DNA of 58,212 nt from Octopus sinensis (lineage: Eukaryota), in contig NW_021834832.1 of assembly GCF_006345805.1 (NCBI RefSeq), positions 1 through 58,212 on the forward strand, read 5' to 3'. The position numbers and the translations under genes were made by a program. Positions 1-13,738 of this stretch are shown here, in pieces (the first letter of the stretch is position 1; every line of letters begins with the position of its first letter). The notes beneath the pieces were generated by a model that saw only the letters and a program-made list of their open reading frames with translations, made no database searches and was not told the DNA's origin.

Positions 1-810
1 GCGGTTCAGCAAAAGTGTCTAATAGAATAAGTATCAGGCTAAAAAAGGTCCTGGGGTCGATTCGTTCGACTAAAATTTTTGAGGTTATAGAAGAGCTTAG
101 CCGAAACTTCGAGGCTATAACAGACGGCAATTGTCCAAGATACGACATAGTGGAACTGAACCCGGAACCATGTGTTTAGGAAACAAACTTCTAATCGCAA
201 ATCCACACTTGGAGAATATTTTGGCGTTATGGTCCTTAAGGGTGGCATATGGTCTGCAAATAGCTAATATTGTTGCTCTGCAGTCCAGTATTAGTTGGGA
301 GGGCAGTGTTTTACCTTCGTGGTTGGTTGCATTGTAACGGTTTGGTTTTGAATTTCAGTAAAGTTGCCCAACACAAGTTTAGAGCGGGAAACTAGAACTG
401 GTTTGTGTAGAGCTTTGGTTTATTTTTTATCTCCAAGAATGTGGATGATTACGAGAGCCTTGAATAGATTTTATGAGGTCATCTAAGTTCTTTTGAATGT
501 TATTGGTATCATATTCGAATATTACATTTATTTTAAATGGGGTGAATGAGCTTAGTTTCAAAGTTTTCAAGGTCGTTCAATTCGGACTTGTTGCCTGCCG
601 TTTGTGGGGTCTTATTTCTCAAACAATTAGGCTTTTCCCCACGTTCCTTCATGACGTCTTCATGTCTACAGATACACATGCACACTCACAACGCATACAC
701 ACTTAATACATACATACATACATACATACATACATACACACATCCATCGATACGTACATCCACCCATTACCCACCCACCGATCCATCCATCCATACATAC
801 ATACACACAT

Positions 811-963
811 AGGCACAGACGTGGCTGTATGGTAAGAAGCTTGCTTCCCAACCACATGGTTCCGGGCTGCGTGGAACCTTGGGCAAGTGTCTCTTCTGCT
901 ATCGCCTCGGCCGACCAAAGCCTAGTGAGTGGATTTGGTTGAGGGAAACTGAAGAAGCCCGTC
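811..963 (+). mobile_element. tRNA-derived SINE, family A (head and CORE-like part)
   Basis: gtggctgtatggtaagaagcttgc...ggttccggg...accttgggcaagtgtct; recurs many times in the window. Confidence 0.8.
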
Positions 964-966
964 ATA

Positions 967-1000
<34 letters not shown>

Positions 1001-1454
1001 CTATATATTATATATATATATATACATGTCCTTGGAGTATAATTGTGCGCGGCTGAAGAAGGCTATTGACATACATATTACATTAATTATGCATTGATAT
1101 AAACTGTCTAATAAAAGCAGAAACATATGTACCACCGCTAAATCCTTTGCATCATGTTTTTCTTTTGATAAATATATGTAATGTATGTATGTATGTATGT
1201 ATTAATAGTTATCGCCAAGCTAATATGGCGGTCCATAAATATAGGATGAAAGCTGTCGTTGATTAGCTCCAAGAGGCCATCGCCTCTAGCTAGCTATATG
1301 ACACACGAACCTGTGTCCATTATAACCTCCGAACAGGGGAGGTCAGCCGCTTCTCCTTGCTGGTCAGGCATCTGCAGACATATTTCAGGGTTTTTGCCCT
1401 TTATCAATGCAGAGTAGCCAAATCCAGCAGGACATATATATATATATATTATAT

Positions 1455-1497
<43 letters not shown>

Positions 1498-2281
1498 CAC
1501 CAACACACACATATTTATCTCTTTGTGTCTGTGCGATGCTATAGACACAGGAGTATGCTGAAATGTAGCTCAGTGCGTTTGCATTCCGAAGGTTTGTCAA
1601 AATATTCTATCAAATGATACCTTCTGCCCTATTTAGCCAAATGTTCCCAGAATGTCGGTGACACACATTTACACCCACCAACACACAATCACACACGCAA
1701 GCACAGACACACTCGCACTTATACACACATGCTTGCACACACACACACACACACACACACGTGTGTGAGTTTATGTCTACGTACGTATTTTTATATTTAT
1801 ACATCTAGTATAAATATAAAAACGAACACGTGCACCTCTGCGCATACACACGCATGAATAGAAACAAGTATGACATAATTGTATATACATACATACACAC
1901 ACACATGTATGCACACGCGCACATACACATTTATACAGACACACAAACACATACATACATACATGTATATATGTATACGCACACGTATGTATGTGTTTGT
2001 ACACGTATATACACGCAACACACGCACACACATACACACACAGATGTATAAGCATGTGTATATATATATATATATATGTGCATGTAGGTGGTTGCATGTA
2101 TTAAAGTAGGTAGAGAAAGAGAGGGAGAGAGAGAGGAGGAAAGAGAGAGAGGGGAAGGGGTGAGGGGACAGGAGGGCGGGGGTGACTGGTAAATTGTTGC
2201 CCCTTATTTCCTACATAATAAAAACCGCACCCACCAAATAATGTAAATATGTCAAGAAAACTGCTGCTGCTGCTGCTGCTG

Positions 2282-2312
<31 letters not shown>

Positions 2313-2479
2313 CACAACTGCTGCTGCTGTTGCTACTACTACTACTACTACTAAACGTAAATAGAAATGAATTGTCCTGGGACGTTTGTCGTTTTTCTCA
2401 TTCTCTCTGTAAAGAACGGAAGTGTCTTTAATAATAATAACAATAATAATAATAATAATCTTTTCCATCATAGACACAA

Positions 2480-2960
2480 GGCTTAAAATTTTTGGGGAGG
2501 GGGCTAGTCGATGACGACGACCCCAGTGCTTTACTGGTACTCATCGTATCGACCCGGAGAGTTCTTGAACTCAGAGCTTAAAGACGGACGAAATGCTGGT
2601 TGAAAATTGGAGGGGTGGGGTACTTAATTTATCGACCCCGAAAGGATGAAAAGCAAAGTGGAGTTTGAACTCAGAACACGAAGACAGACGAAATACTGCT
2701 AAGCATCTCGCCCGGCGTGCTAACCACTCTGCCAGCTCGCCGCCTTTGGGTTCAAATTTTGCCTCAAGGGCAGACATTTTGGGGGAGGGGATGAATCAAT
2801 TGCATTGACCTCAGTGCGTAACTGATACTTATTTAATCGACCCCGAAAGGATGAAAGGCAAAGTCGACCTCGGCGGAATTTGAACTCAGAACGTAGCGAC
2901 GGGCAGAAATACTGCTAAGAATTTCGCCCAGCGTGCTAACGATTCTGCTAGCTCATCGTC
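2480..2960 (-). mobile_element. SINE family B, several stacked partial units
   Basis: Repeated atcgaccccgaaaggatgaaaggcaaagtcgac...tttgaactcagaac blocks. Confidence 0.8.
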
Positions 2961-3369
2961 GTACGTGAAAAGCAAAAGTAATAATATCGTTTCAGGAAAG
3001 AAGAAAACTGCACCACCAACGCACGCAATAGCTTCATACATGCACACACATATACACACACTCACACACGTATGCACACACGCATGTAGACGCACGCATG
3101 TATACATACACACACATACACACACATATGCCAGGTTCACAATTGCAAGGGACATTAATGAGCTAACTAGAGCAGAGAAAACGTTGCCCTTCGTTAATTA
3201 TAAATCATTAATTAATTAGCAGTGAGTCTGTCTCTCTCTACGTTTGTCCGTTCCCCCAAAGTACATAACTTCGCAGCTGTTGGTAGCTTCAGTAAACATC
3301 ATATCTTTAATTAATTGATCATTAAGCAGTATTATTGCTAATGATAGCATAATAATTATTGCGAAATTG

Positions 3370-4200
3370 AAGCGCTAAGCAGTGATGTGTAAAAGTATAA
3401 ACTATTTCAAATATGCTCGAGGTGTATTCGAACCTGTAAGAAAACCTTTTGCTGTATTTTGTCATGGAGAAAAATTTCTCGCTGTCGACAAATAGATGCA
3501 AGCACACCAAGTCAATTCGAAGTGTCCCACTAGCCAGATTGATGGATGCATGCATTTCGGAGCAATTATCGCCTCTTCAGCATCAGACACTGGAAATGGG
3601 GTGCAAAGGACTGACTTGAGACAGATCTCTCAGATTATATTCCAGTCAGAGTACTGTGATTGGTTGCGCTAATTGGCGGATCGGCCGTTATATAATACGA
3701 AATCAAAGTGCTAATCAGGGATAAGTGTAGTTTTCTCGCAGTGGACAAGTAGGTGGAAGTACATCAAGTCAGTTCGAAGCACCCCGCTAGCCATATTGAT
3801 GGAGGTATGCATTTCGGAGTAGTTATCTCCTCTTCAGCAGCAGAAAACGGAAATGTAGACATTGCGAACTGACACGAGAGACAGGTCTCTCTTATAAGCC
3901 CGTCATCGCACACTGATTAGTCACGCAAGTCGGCGGCTCACCGTCAATCAAATATGGCGTGACAGCGAGCGCTAAGTCGTGTTACCAGTTCAAATATGCT
4001 TGAGGTGAATTCGAACCCGTAACAAAACAATTCGCTGCATTTTGTTATGGAAAACATTTCTCACTGTAGTCAAATAGGTGTAAACACACCAAGTGAAGGT
4101 CTCCTTTACGGGTTCGAATTTGCTTCAAGCATATTTGAACTGCTGACAAGGTCTCTTTTACGGGTTCGAATTTGCTTCAAGCATATTTGAACTGCTGACA
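3370..4200 (-). mobile_element. Probable Penelope-like terminal-repeat relic with direct and inverted sub-repeats
   Basis: Direct repeats at about 3480-3640/3735-3890 and 3372-3510/3965-4095; two tandem units at 4096-4200 inverted relative to 3986-4022; each long repeat carries a hammerhead-like motif. Confidence 0.55.
3802..3841 (-). ncRNA. Minimal hammerhead-like motif (sister copy at 3545-3584)
   Basis: CUGAAGA-GGAG(AUAACUA)CUCC-GAAA-UGCAU-A with palindromic AUGCAU. The sister copy keeps a GAUG/CAUC stem I but has a stem II mismatch and G17. Confidence 0.55.
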
Positions 4201-4289
4201 AGTTTATGCATATTTATCGATAACACACACTCGCATAATATTATTTTTAGCTCTAGGTAAGAGTGTCGAGCACTCTAGGACTATAACAT

Positions 4290-4660
4290 GGAAGCACTCC
4301 GTCGGTTACGACGATGAGGGTTCCGGTTGATCCGATCAACGGAACAGCCTGCTCGTGAAATAACGTGTAAGTGGCTGAGCACTCACAGACACGTGTACCC
4401 TTAACGTAGTTCTCGGGGATATTCGCGTGACACAGAAGTGACAAGGCCGGCCCTTGAAATACAGGTACACAGAAACAGGAAGTAAGATTGAGAGAAAGTT
4501 GTTGGAAGAGTACAGCAGGGATCACCACCATCCCCTGCCGGAGCCTCGTGGAACTTTTAGGTGTTTTCGCTCAATAAAACATCACAACGCCTGTCCGGGA
4601 ATCGAAACCGCGATCCTATGTCCCGAGTCCGCTGCCCTAACCACGGGCCATTGCGCCTCC
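4290..4660 (-). mobile_element. tRNA-derived SINE, family C
   Basis: Head ggaggcgcaatggcccgtggttagggcagcggactc...ggtttcgattcc (A and B boxes); tail ends gtaaccgacggagtgc. Confidence 0.85.
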
Positions 4661-4711
4661 ACAGGACTATACATACAGTTGTACTGAACTACTATTCTTT
4701 CATATACTGTA

Positions 4712-5218
4712 CTAGCAGTATCGCCCGGCGTTGCTCGGGTTTGGTAAGGGAATAACTATATAAGCATTTTAGAGAGTTACTTCCCTTATAGATGCCATTT
4801 CGGCTTTCTTTAGCCATTTCTGTTTTGTTGTCTTCAAGCCATGAAGTCAATGTTCTAAAAGAACGCTGTTCTCCTTGACAAACGCTTTACGACGTGATTT
4901 CTTTACAACTCCCTCCCCCACAGCTCACGAGGGAGGGAAGAAGGGGGGGAGAAGAAAACAGGTGCAGGTGCGACCGTGGACGCCAACTCCGCCGCCATCG
5001 ACACACGAAAATTATGCATTAAAATGGAATAAAAAATGATGTAAATATTTTAAAAATCGTAGACTCATCGAGACACGGCGCTAATAGCCAGACGGGCTCG
5101 ATATGAATCACGACTATAAGATACCCGAATTTGGTTAACTGCGCCGCAAAATGTTGGAGGAGTTAGGAATCTAATCGAAGGGACAGCACTCACACAACTA
5201 CAGTTTTATATATATAGA
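4712..5218 (-). mobile_element. Non-autonomous Helitron, family 1
   Basis: Minus strand begins A|TCTATATATATAAAACTGTAG and ends cccgagcaacgccgggcgatactgCTAG|T: subterminal hairpin, A/T target, no TSD. Confidence 0.85.
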
Positions 5219-5529
5219 TATATACACGCTGAAACTAGCTGCACAAATGTATTTTCATGAAGTCGAACCTCGTTGCGTGCATGCCTCGTTATTTGCATCG
5301 CCAATCGTCCGTTATCATTATCGCCGATGTCAGATAAGGAAACTAATTAAATAATTAATTACGTTATTATCATTATTGCCGATCCTCGTGCAGACTTGGT
5401 TGTTATTATAATTGTTGATGTTGCTGATGTTGTTGTTGTCTGGTCGACAACAATGATTGAAAGAATGCCTTTGGTTTGTCAAAGTGTCGCATTTATAGCA
5501 AAACTATCTAGAGACTCTTTCAGTGATAA

Positions 5530-6520
<991 letters not shown>

Positions 6521-6930
6521 TCTCTCTATATCTATCAATCTATATGCGTCGTATATGCTCATGTCGCCATTAGCCGTGGTAGAGCCTCAACATACATGTA
6601 GACGAAGGCAGAGGGAAAATATATAAAAATATATAAAAATATGTTTTAATTTCTGTTTTTTTTTCTTCTTGTGACAACACGGAAAAAAAATTAAGAGAGA
6701 AAGAATTTGGTATCAAACTGAGAATCAGTCAACCAAACAGTTCATTGTACGTTTATTTTAGACTTTTATTCCACTTCTAGAAAATTGGAAACGGCCTCTC
6801 ACTGCTCTGAGACAACTTGCGTAATCTTGTCATCACTCAGCATGTGTCTCGGTATGTGTAAGTATGTATGTGCTTGTGTGTATGACTGTGTGTGTGTGTA
6901 TGTGTATGTATGTATGTATGTATGTATGTC

Positions 6931-7363
6931 TTTACTTTTTTACTCTTTTACTTGTTTCAGTCATTTGACTGCGGCCATGCTGGAGCACCACCTTTAGTCG
7001 AGCAAATCGACCCCGGAACTTATACTTTTGTAAGCCCAGTACTTATTCTATCGGGCTCTTTTTGCCGAACCGCTAAGTGACGGGGACGTAAACACACCAG
7101 CATCGGTTTTCAAGCGATGGTGGTGGGGGGACAAACACAAACACACAAACATATACACGCACATACACACACATATATATATATATATATATACATATAT
7201 ACGACAGGCTTCTTTCAGTTTCCGTCTACCAAATCCACTCACAAGGCATTGGTCAGTCCGGGGCTATAGCAGAAGACACTTGTCCAAGGTGCCACGCAGT
7301 GGGACTGAACCCGGAACCATGTGGTTGGTAAGCAAGCTACTTACCACACAGCCACTCCTGCGT
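6931..7363 (-). mobile_element. SINE family A, near full length
   Basis: From the head gcaggagtggctgtgtggtaag to the tail cagtcaaatgactgaaacaagtaaaagag, with an internal (TA)/(TG) tract. Confidence 0.88.
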
Positions 7364-8865
7364 CTATACGTGTGTTTGTGTGAATATGTGTGTACTTGTG
7401 CGTATATGTGCATGTGTGTTTGTGCTTGTGTGTGTATGCGCATGCTTGTATGTGTGTGGATGTATGCGTGTGTATATGTGTAGGAATATGCGTGTATACG
7501 TATGTGCTTATGCGTATTTGTGTGTGTATGTATGTGTGTGTTGACGTTATCACGTGACAGACGTCATATCGGGGTGGTGGCAAATACCCGACAAACTGAA
7601 AAGACAACTGTTGGCGTATTTGTTTTTACCTCCTCCCCTGGGGACGGTTTTCGTTGACTGCGTTAATTAATCCTTAAAGAAAGATAAACGACTCCCCCAC
7701 CCCACTCCAACCATTAAAGAAGCCTTAACATGAGCATGGTCGCGCTGCATGCTAGAAATAATAGCCAACACCGCCCCTCCCATCAATATCTTATCGTTTT
7801 CAAAGAAACGAAAGACATTGTAGAAAAACCTAGTCCTAGATACAAAATGTCGGAAAAAATAGCTATAAAAAAGAATAATAAAAACAAACAAAAGCATGAA
7901 AAAAAACGAGATGATCACAGCTGGACCGTCTTTAATCATAAGGGTACTCGATTTGCGCAGTCCTGTGGTTAAACAACTACGACATTTTCCTTTTCCTCTG
8001 CTTCGTCTTTCCCTTCTTCCCCCTTCTCCTCCTCTTCTTCCTTCTTCTCCTAGTCTTCCTCTTTCTCTTCCTCTGCTTCTTCCTCCTCTTTCGCTTCCTC
8101 CCCTCTTCCTCTCTCTTTTTCTTTTGCGTCTTTCTCCTCCTCTACATCCCCCACCTCTCCCTCTTTCTTGTCCTCATCCTCTTCCTTCTTCTTCCTCTTC
8201 CTCCATCATCATCATAATACATGGCTACCAAGTCTTTATATTTCGGCAACTAATTATAACTATATATCCAAAATTCATGGTATACGTCGAAACAGCTGTA
8301 AAGATGTGATTATATCCTTTTCAATTATGTAACAATTTTGATTACATCCCGCACATCAGTGATTTTTCATTTCTCTTTATTGATGTTTGCTCGAACCGAA
8401 ATGTCTGGGTTACATTTCACTGATTAAGAAGTTCGATTTGAAAAAAATTGAAGTGTTCGCGTACTAATCTGGTGTCTCACTATTCCCCCGGAAGCATCCT
8501 TATACTCATTGTGTGGCTTGTAGACGCGAGAGTGGCTGTGTGGTAAGTAGCTTACCTCTTCAGAGGTAGCCAATGTGGAATGAAATACGGTGACTATATA
8601 TATATATATATATATTATATTATATATATATATATATATATTTTATATTATATTGAGGGTACTACTATTCGTAGATACCAACACGCTAAGAGTAGTTTTG
8701 ACCGCTTTGGTCCCTCTTAGCTTGTTGGTATCTACGAATAGTAGTACCCTCAATATAATATAAATGAATATTTTCAAAGAGGAAGAATTTACGGATTTTT
8801 TCTCTACGAGGTTTTTCACGCTGACTACTGATAATTTCTTTTAAAGATTTTATCCTCAATTGTTA

Positions 8866-8933
<68 letters not shown>

Positions 8934-9499
8934 AATACTAGCTTCTTTCAGTTTCCGTTTATCATATCTACTCAAAAGAGTTTGGTCGACCCGAGGCTAT
9001 GGTGGAAGGCACTTGCCCAAGGTGCCACGCAGTATATATACAAGAACCTTTCTCGAAATGAATACTGCAGTTTTGTGGCTTCCTGCAGGGTACCCATGTT
9101 AAGTAAGATATACAGAATGCTATTCTAAACCAATACTGCTTCCACCCATAACAACGAATTTATACCCAGCCCTCCAGCTATTTGTGGCGTCAGTGATTTG
9201 TTTATCGCTGTTTTACTTTATCAGTAGAGGCTAAATTTATCTAAGCATGCGGATGATATGGACACTTGCAACTGATGACTTGCAGACAGAAATTAAAACG
9301 TTTTCCGTCTGCCACTGATATAATTCTGTACTTTTTAGCACTATACGTGTATATGAGATGCTGTCTCGAGACGAATACCGCAGTTTTGTAGCTTTGTACA
9401 GTATATCCACATTAAGTAAGATGTATAGATTGCTCTTTTGGACTAATACTGCTTCCGTCGCTTATAACTAACTTTTATGCATATATGTATGCATGCAAT

Positions 9500-9540
9500 T
9501 ATGTAATCTTTTTATTTCTTTTTCAGCAGTAGCGAACAAG
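9500..9540 (+). promoter_or_regulatory. Polypyrimidine tract and tandem NAGNAG acceptor (cag cag) ahead of the LOX start codon
   Basis: tctttttatttctttttcagcagtagcgaacaagATG; AG at 9525-9526 and 9528-9529. Implies at least one upstream exon, which I could not identify. Confidence 0.75.
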
Positions 9541-10029
9541 ATGGGGAACTCCGTAAGGCGGTACTTAAATTCGGATTTCCTTGTATTTGTCAGAACCGGA
9601 GATCGTAAGCATGCGTCAACCGACGCCAATGTCAAAATCATTTTGATCAACGAAGACGGAGAGAAATCTTACGAGATCGTCTTGGATAATATTCTACGAG
9701 ATGATTTCAAAAAAGGTGCCAGTGATACGTTCTCGGTGAGAAATTTGCGAGATTTCGGTCGAGTGGAAAAAATCGAATTCTGGCGAGACAATGCCGGAGT
9801 TTCTCCAGATTGGTACGTGGAGAAAATCATGGTGGAAAATGTTAAAACTAATGAAATGAGTATCTTCCCCGTGTTTCGGTGGATCAAAGCTAATTATCAT
9901 TACCAAATTCGTCATCTGGATACAATTTTGCCTCAAGACGATGAACAAGTCGAGCAACGGAAAATGGAATTGGAAGATAAACGGAAAATCTACATTGCCA
10001 GTCAGAAAGGACCCGGGTTCCCAATGATG
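9541..10029 (+). CDS. Lipoxygenase (ALOX-like), first coding exon: PLAT/LH2 domain plus linker, 163 aa
   Basis: Translates MGNSVRRYLNSDFLVFVRTGDRKHASTDANVKIILI...DDFKKGASDTF...SPDWYVEKIMVE...FPVFRWIK...LPQDDEQVEQRKMELEDKRKIY...KGPGFPMM. This carries the PLAT motifs TG..TD, DFxxG, DW and FPxxRW of animal LOX. Acceptor ttttcag at 9526, ATG context aacaagATGg, donor atg|gtgagt at 10030 (phase 0). No specific orthologue can be named. Confidence 0.95.
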
Positions 10030-10064
10030 GTGAGTTGTGTTTCCTTTTTAAAAAAATACCTTTC

Positions 10065-10680
10065 TACTGGAGGTACAAGGTCTCAAATTTGTGGGGAGGG
10101 GACTAGTTAATTACACTGACTCCAGTGCTTCATAGGTACTTAATTTATCGACCCTGAAAGGATGAAAGGCAAAGCCGACCACGGCGGAATTTGAACTCAG
10201 AACGTAGCGACGGGCGAAATATCCCTAAGCATTTCGCCCAGCGTGCTAACAATTCTGCTATCCTTTTTTAAATAATGCTTGGTTGGATTAAACAAACAAA
10301 ACAAAAAAGAAAAGAAAAGAAAAGAGACAAGTGATAATAGTTGTTAAAGGTCCTTAGTGAAGGCGCGTGGTTTAGTTAGGGCATTGGACTCACGTCCGTA
10401 AAGTGGTGAGTTCGAATCACCGAGGCGCGTTGTGTCTTTGAGTAAGACACCTTATTTCACGGCCATTTTGCCCACTCACCTGGCAAAAATGAGTTGTACC
10501 TGTATTTCAAAATGGCCAGCCTTGTCACATTCTGTGCCATGCGTGAATCTCCCTGAGAACTACGTTGAGGGTTCACCTGTCTGTGGCGTACTCAACCACT
10601 TGTACGTTAATTTCACAAGCAGGTTCTTCTGTTGACCGGATCAACTGAAGCGCTCGTCGTCGCAACCGACGGAGTGCCAG
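10065..10680. mobile_element. Family B SINE fragment (-, 10065-10262) and family D SINE (+, 10361-10680)
   Basis: D: tRNA-like head ggcgcgtggtttag...gagttcgaatc, CORE-like tgtgtctttgagtaagacac, 3' tail shared with family C. Confidence 0.8.
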
Positions 10681-11505
10681 TTAGAGATCCTTGCAGATTG
10701 GTGGGAAGGGGAAGGGATTAATATAACTGTTATTCAGATGATTGAACTTCTATCGGTTGCTATTCGTGTTGTTGTTGTTGTCGTCGTCGTCGTCCTAATC
10801 TTTGTTATAATTAAACAAATGTGGAACGGCGCTTGCTGTAATATCTTGTCTTAGAGAAACTTGTCAAAAAGAGTTACGAATCAAAAAACTATAATATAAT
10901 TTAAATTCAAAATTAAGACACCAACTGTACTGAAGAAATTAGAAGGATCGGATCACGTATGCAGAGGTATATAATTGCTAATTAAGATATTATCATATTG
11001 ATTTTAAGGTGTCGATATGCAATCGATAAAGCGTCTCTCTTCTATTGCTCTTAATAAAGAAATCGAAACTCACAACGTCACTAAAAGCGACTTGAAATAT
11101 GAACTAATTTGACTGTTAGTCCAACCATCCACTCTGAAGATATGAATTGGAATCTGTAAGGCAGAAAGAGGGAGGGAGAGAGAGGGAGAGAGAGAGAGTG
11201 TGTGTGTGAGTGAGTTTTAGATAAAGTCCACATCGAACAATATAGCTCCTGGTATACAAACGATGGGATTGCCGCGGCTGGAATGTCTTTATATTTATTA
11301 TTTTTCTTTTGTATAACTACGTCTCTTCTAGGAATACACAACCACGAAGTTTACTCGCAGTCTACGTGTTTAAGGACTCTGCCTGGATTCTCTGAGCCTG
11401 ATTTTATATTTCAGCCAAATTTTCCTCGAATCACACTCTAGGTTCTTAAATTGGATAAGGGCTCATTAGAAAATTTTGTCCTGACATCTCTCTCTCTCTC
11501 TCTCA

Positions 11506-11540
<35 letters not shown>

Positions 11541-11578
11541 CTTGACACATACAAATACCTGAATATATGAGTGTAAAA

Positions 11579-11631
<53 letters not shown>

Positions 11632-12316
11632 TATATATAAAAGAATATATGTAAATATGTGCAATATAGATACATATACATACATGCATATATATATATA
11701 TTTCTATGCATATACTTACACCTACAGGCATGCTCATATATGTGTGTATACCAAATTAATAATGTGAAAATAATGTGTATCCTTATTATATTAAAATAAC
11801 AAACATAGAGTCGACCGGAGGGAGGTCATTGTTTGTGTTTTCCAACTTACATAATACATACTTACAAATAGACACCAGGCAGGCACCCCACGCCTCACAT
11901 CCATTTATTTCTAAAACAATTACCCATTTTTCTCATTATTAGAAGTGAACGAGTCCGCATGAATCGCATCGAGAACGAAGGAACTTTTTTAGCCTCGTTC
12001 TGAATCGGGTTTTTACGTGCGAAATGCTCGCGGCCATTTTTACTACAAACAGTTTTGTTCGCGGCTGTGACCAATATTTCCAGCAGGAAGTCTATAAACT
12101 GCGCACACAGAGCCTGGTGGAACTCTAAAAAGGAAAATCTCAGAGTTCTACCACAGGGAGTAGGAATATAATAATCTGATATTTGAAAATTTATACTTTG
12201 TAATATTGTACTTAATGTTGCTTAATAAAATCTTGTGCTGACATATTAATTTCCAAAATTATTTTTCTCAACATTCATTCACCCTAGGAGTTCCTTCTAC
12301 ATTTACAATTGGATTG

Positions 12317-12700
12317 GAAGCACTCCGTCGGTTACGACGACGAGGGTTCCGGTTGATCCGAATCAACGGAACAGCCTGCTCGTGAAATTAACCTGTAAGT
12401 GGCTGAGCACTCCACAGACACGTGTACCCTTACCGTAGTTCTCGGGGATATTCAGCGTGACACAGAGAGTGACAAGGCCGGCCCTTTGAAATCCAGGTAC
12501 AACAGAAACAGGAAGTAAGAGTGAGAGAAAGTTGTGGTGAAAGAGTACAGCAGGGATCACCACCATCCCCTGCCGGAGCCATGTGGAGCTTTTAGGTGTT
12601 TTCGCTCAATAAACACTCACAACGCCCGGTCTGGGAATCGAAACCGCGATCCTATGACCGCGAGTCCGCTGCCCTAACCACTGGGCCATTGCGCCTCCAC
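12317..12700 (-). mobile_element. SINE family C, full length
   Basis: Collinear with 4290-4660 and 26455-26822. Confidence 0.9.
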
Positions 12701-13126
12701 ACATTTACAATTAGCCACTGATACTAAAACAGCTCAATCGTCCTATTTTAGATGTTTCAACGTTGAGTCGCAAAACTCGTTGTTCTAAGCGACAACAGTT
12801 CGGCGTCATTGACGAATGAACGCGTATCTGATTGGTTACTTTGTTGTTTTCAAATTAGTAACAAAAAATGATCACCTACGAAAGGCAAAAGAATTCTTTT
12901 CAAGAATTCTAAACCCGAAACTAAATCAGAAATAGTCAACATTCTTATGAAACAACTTCTTCAACACGGATTATCTCATAACACGTGTGTCTGAAAAGCC
13001 TGTTAACACCGAAAGTCTTTATTCACTACGAACGCTTCTTTTTAAAAAATTCTTGCTATTCTGAGTTTTTAAACATTTCTTGATATAATGAAAAAATTTT
13101 TGATTTAAGAAAATCTCCCTTCAAAT

Positions 13127-13191
<65 letters not shown>

Positions 13192-13211
13192 TACATACAT
13201 ACATACATACA

Positions 13212-13245
<34 letters not shown>

Positions 13246-13600
13246 ATAATAATAAATACCGAAGGAAGGAATCAACAAATATTTATAATACTTAGTTTAC
13301 AATCGTTTCATCATTAATAAATATGACCAGTCTTGCGTAATTTTCTGACCATATCAGCAAGTATTGATTATACACACACACATATTCGAGATGTATGTGT
13401 GCGTATGTATGCATGTATGTATGCGTGTATGCATGTATGTATATCTGTATGTGTGTATATATATATATATAACGGGAAGCTTTATGAAAATAGACAAAAG
13501 ACGAAAGCAGGTTTACGGAAATAAACAAAAGACGAAGGCAGGTGGAATACAAACAAACAATTGTATTAGTATGGCGCTCAGGAAATATAAATAAAACAAG

Positions 13601-13638
13601 TCTTTAACGTTTCGAGCCTACGCTCTTCAACAGAAAGA
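13601..13638 (-). ncRNA. Minimal type I hammerhead-like motif, CUGUUGA variant
   Basis: UCUUU-CUGUUGA-A-GAGC(GUAG)GCUC-GAAAC-GU-U-AAAGA; same repeat family as 23217. Confidence 0.55.
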
Positions 13639-13699
13639 TGCACAGAGAAAAAAACACAGAAAGAAGGAGAGAAAAAAAATATGTGTATCTATATGCATT

Positions 13700-13738
<39 letters not shown>

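Noticed and set aside
9272-9295. CTGATGA...GAAA as a hammerhead (also ctgatga near 39937)
   Set aside because: No pairable stem II or stem III; chance heptamers.
9493-10110. ORF track call of a 205-aa protein
   Set aside because: It overruns both splice sites. The start at 9493 is upstream of the acceptor, and residues after PMM are intronic (gtgagt donor at 10030).
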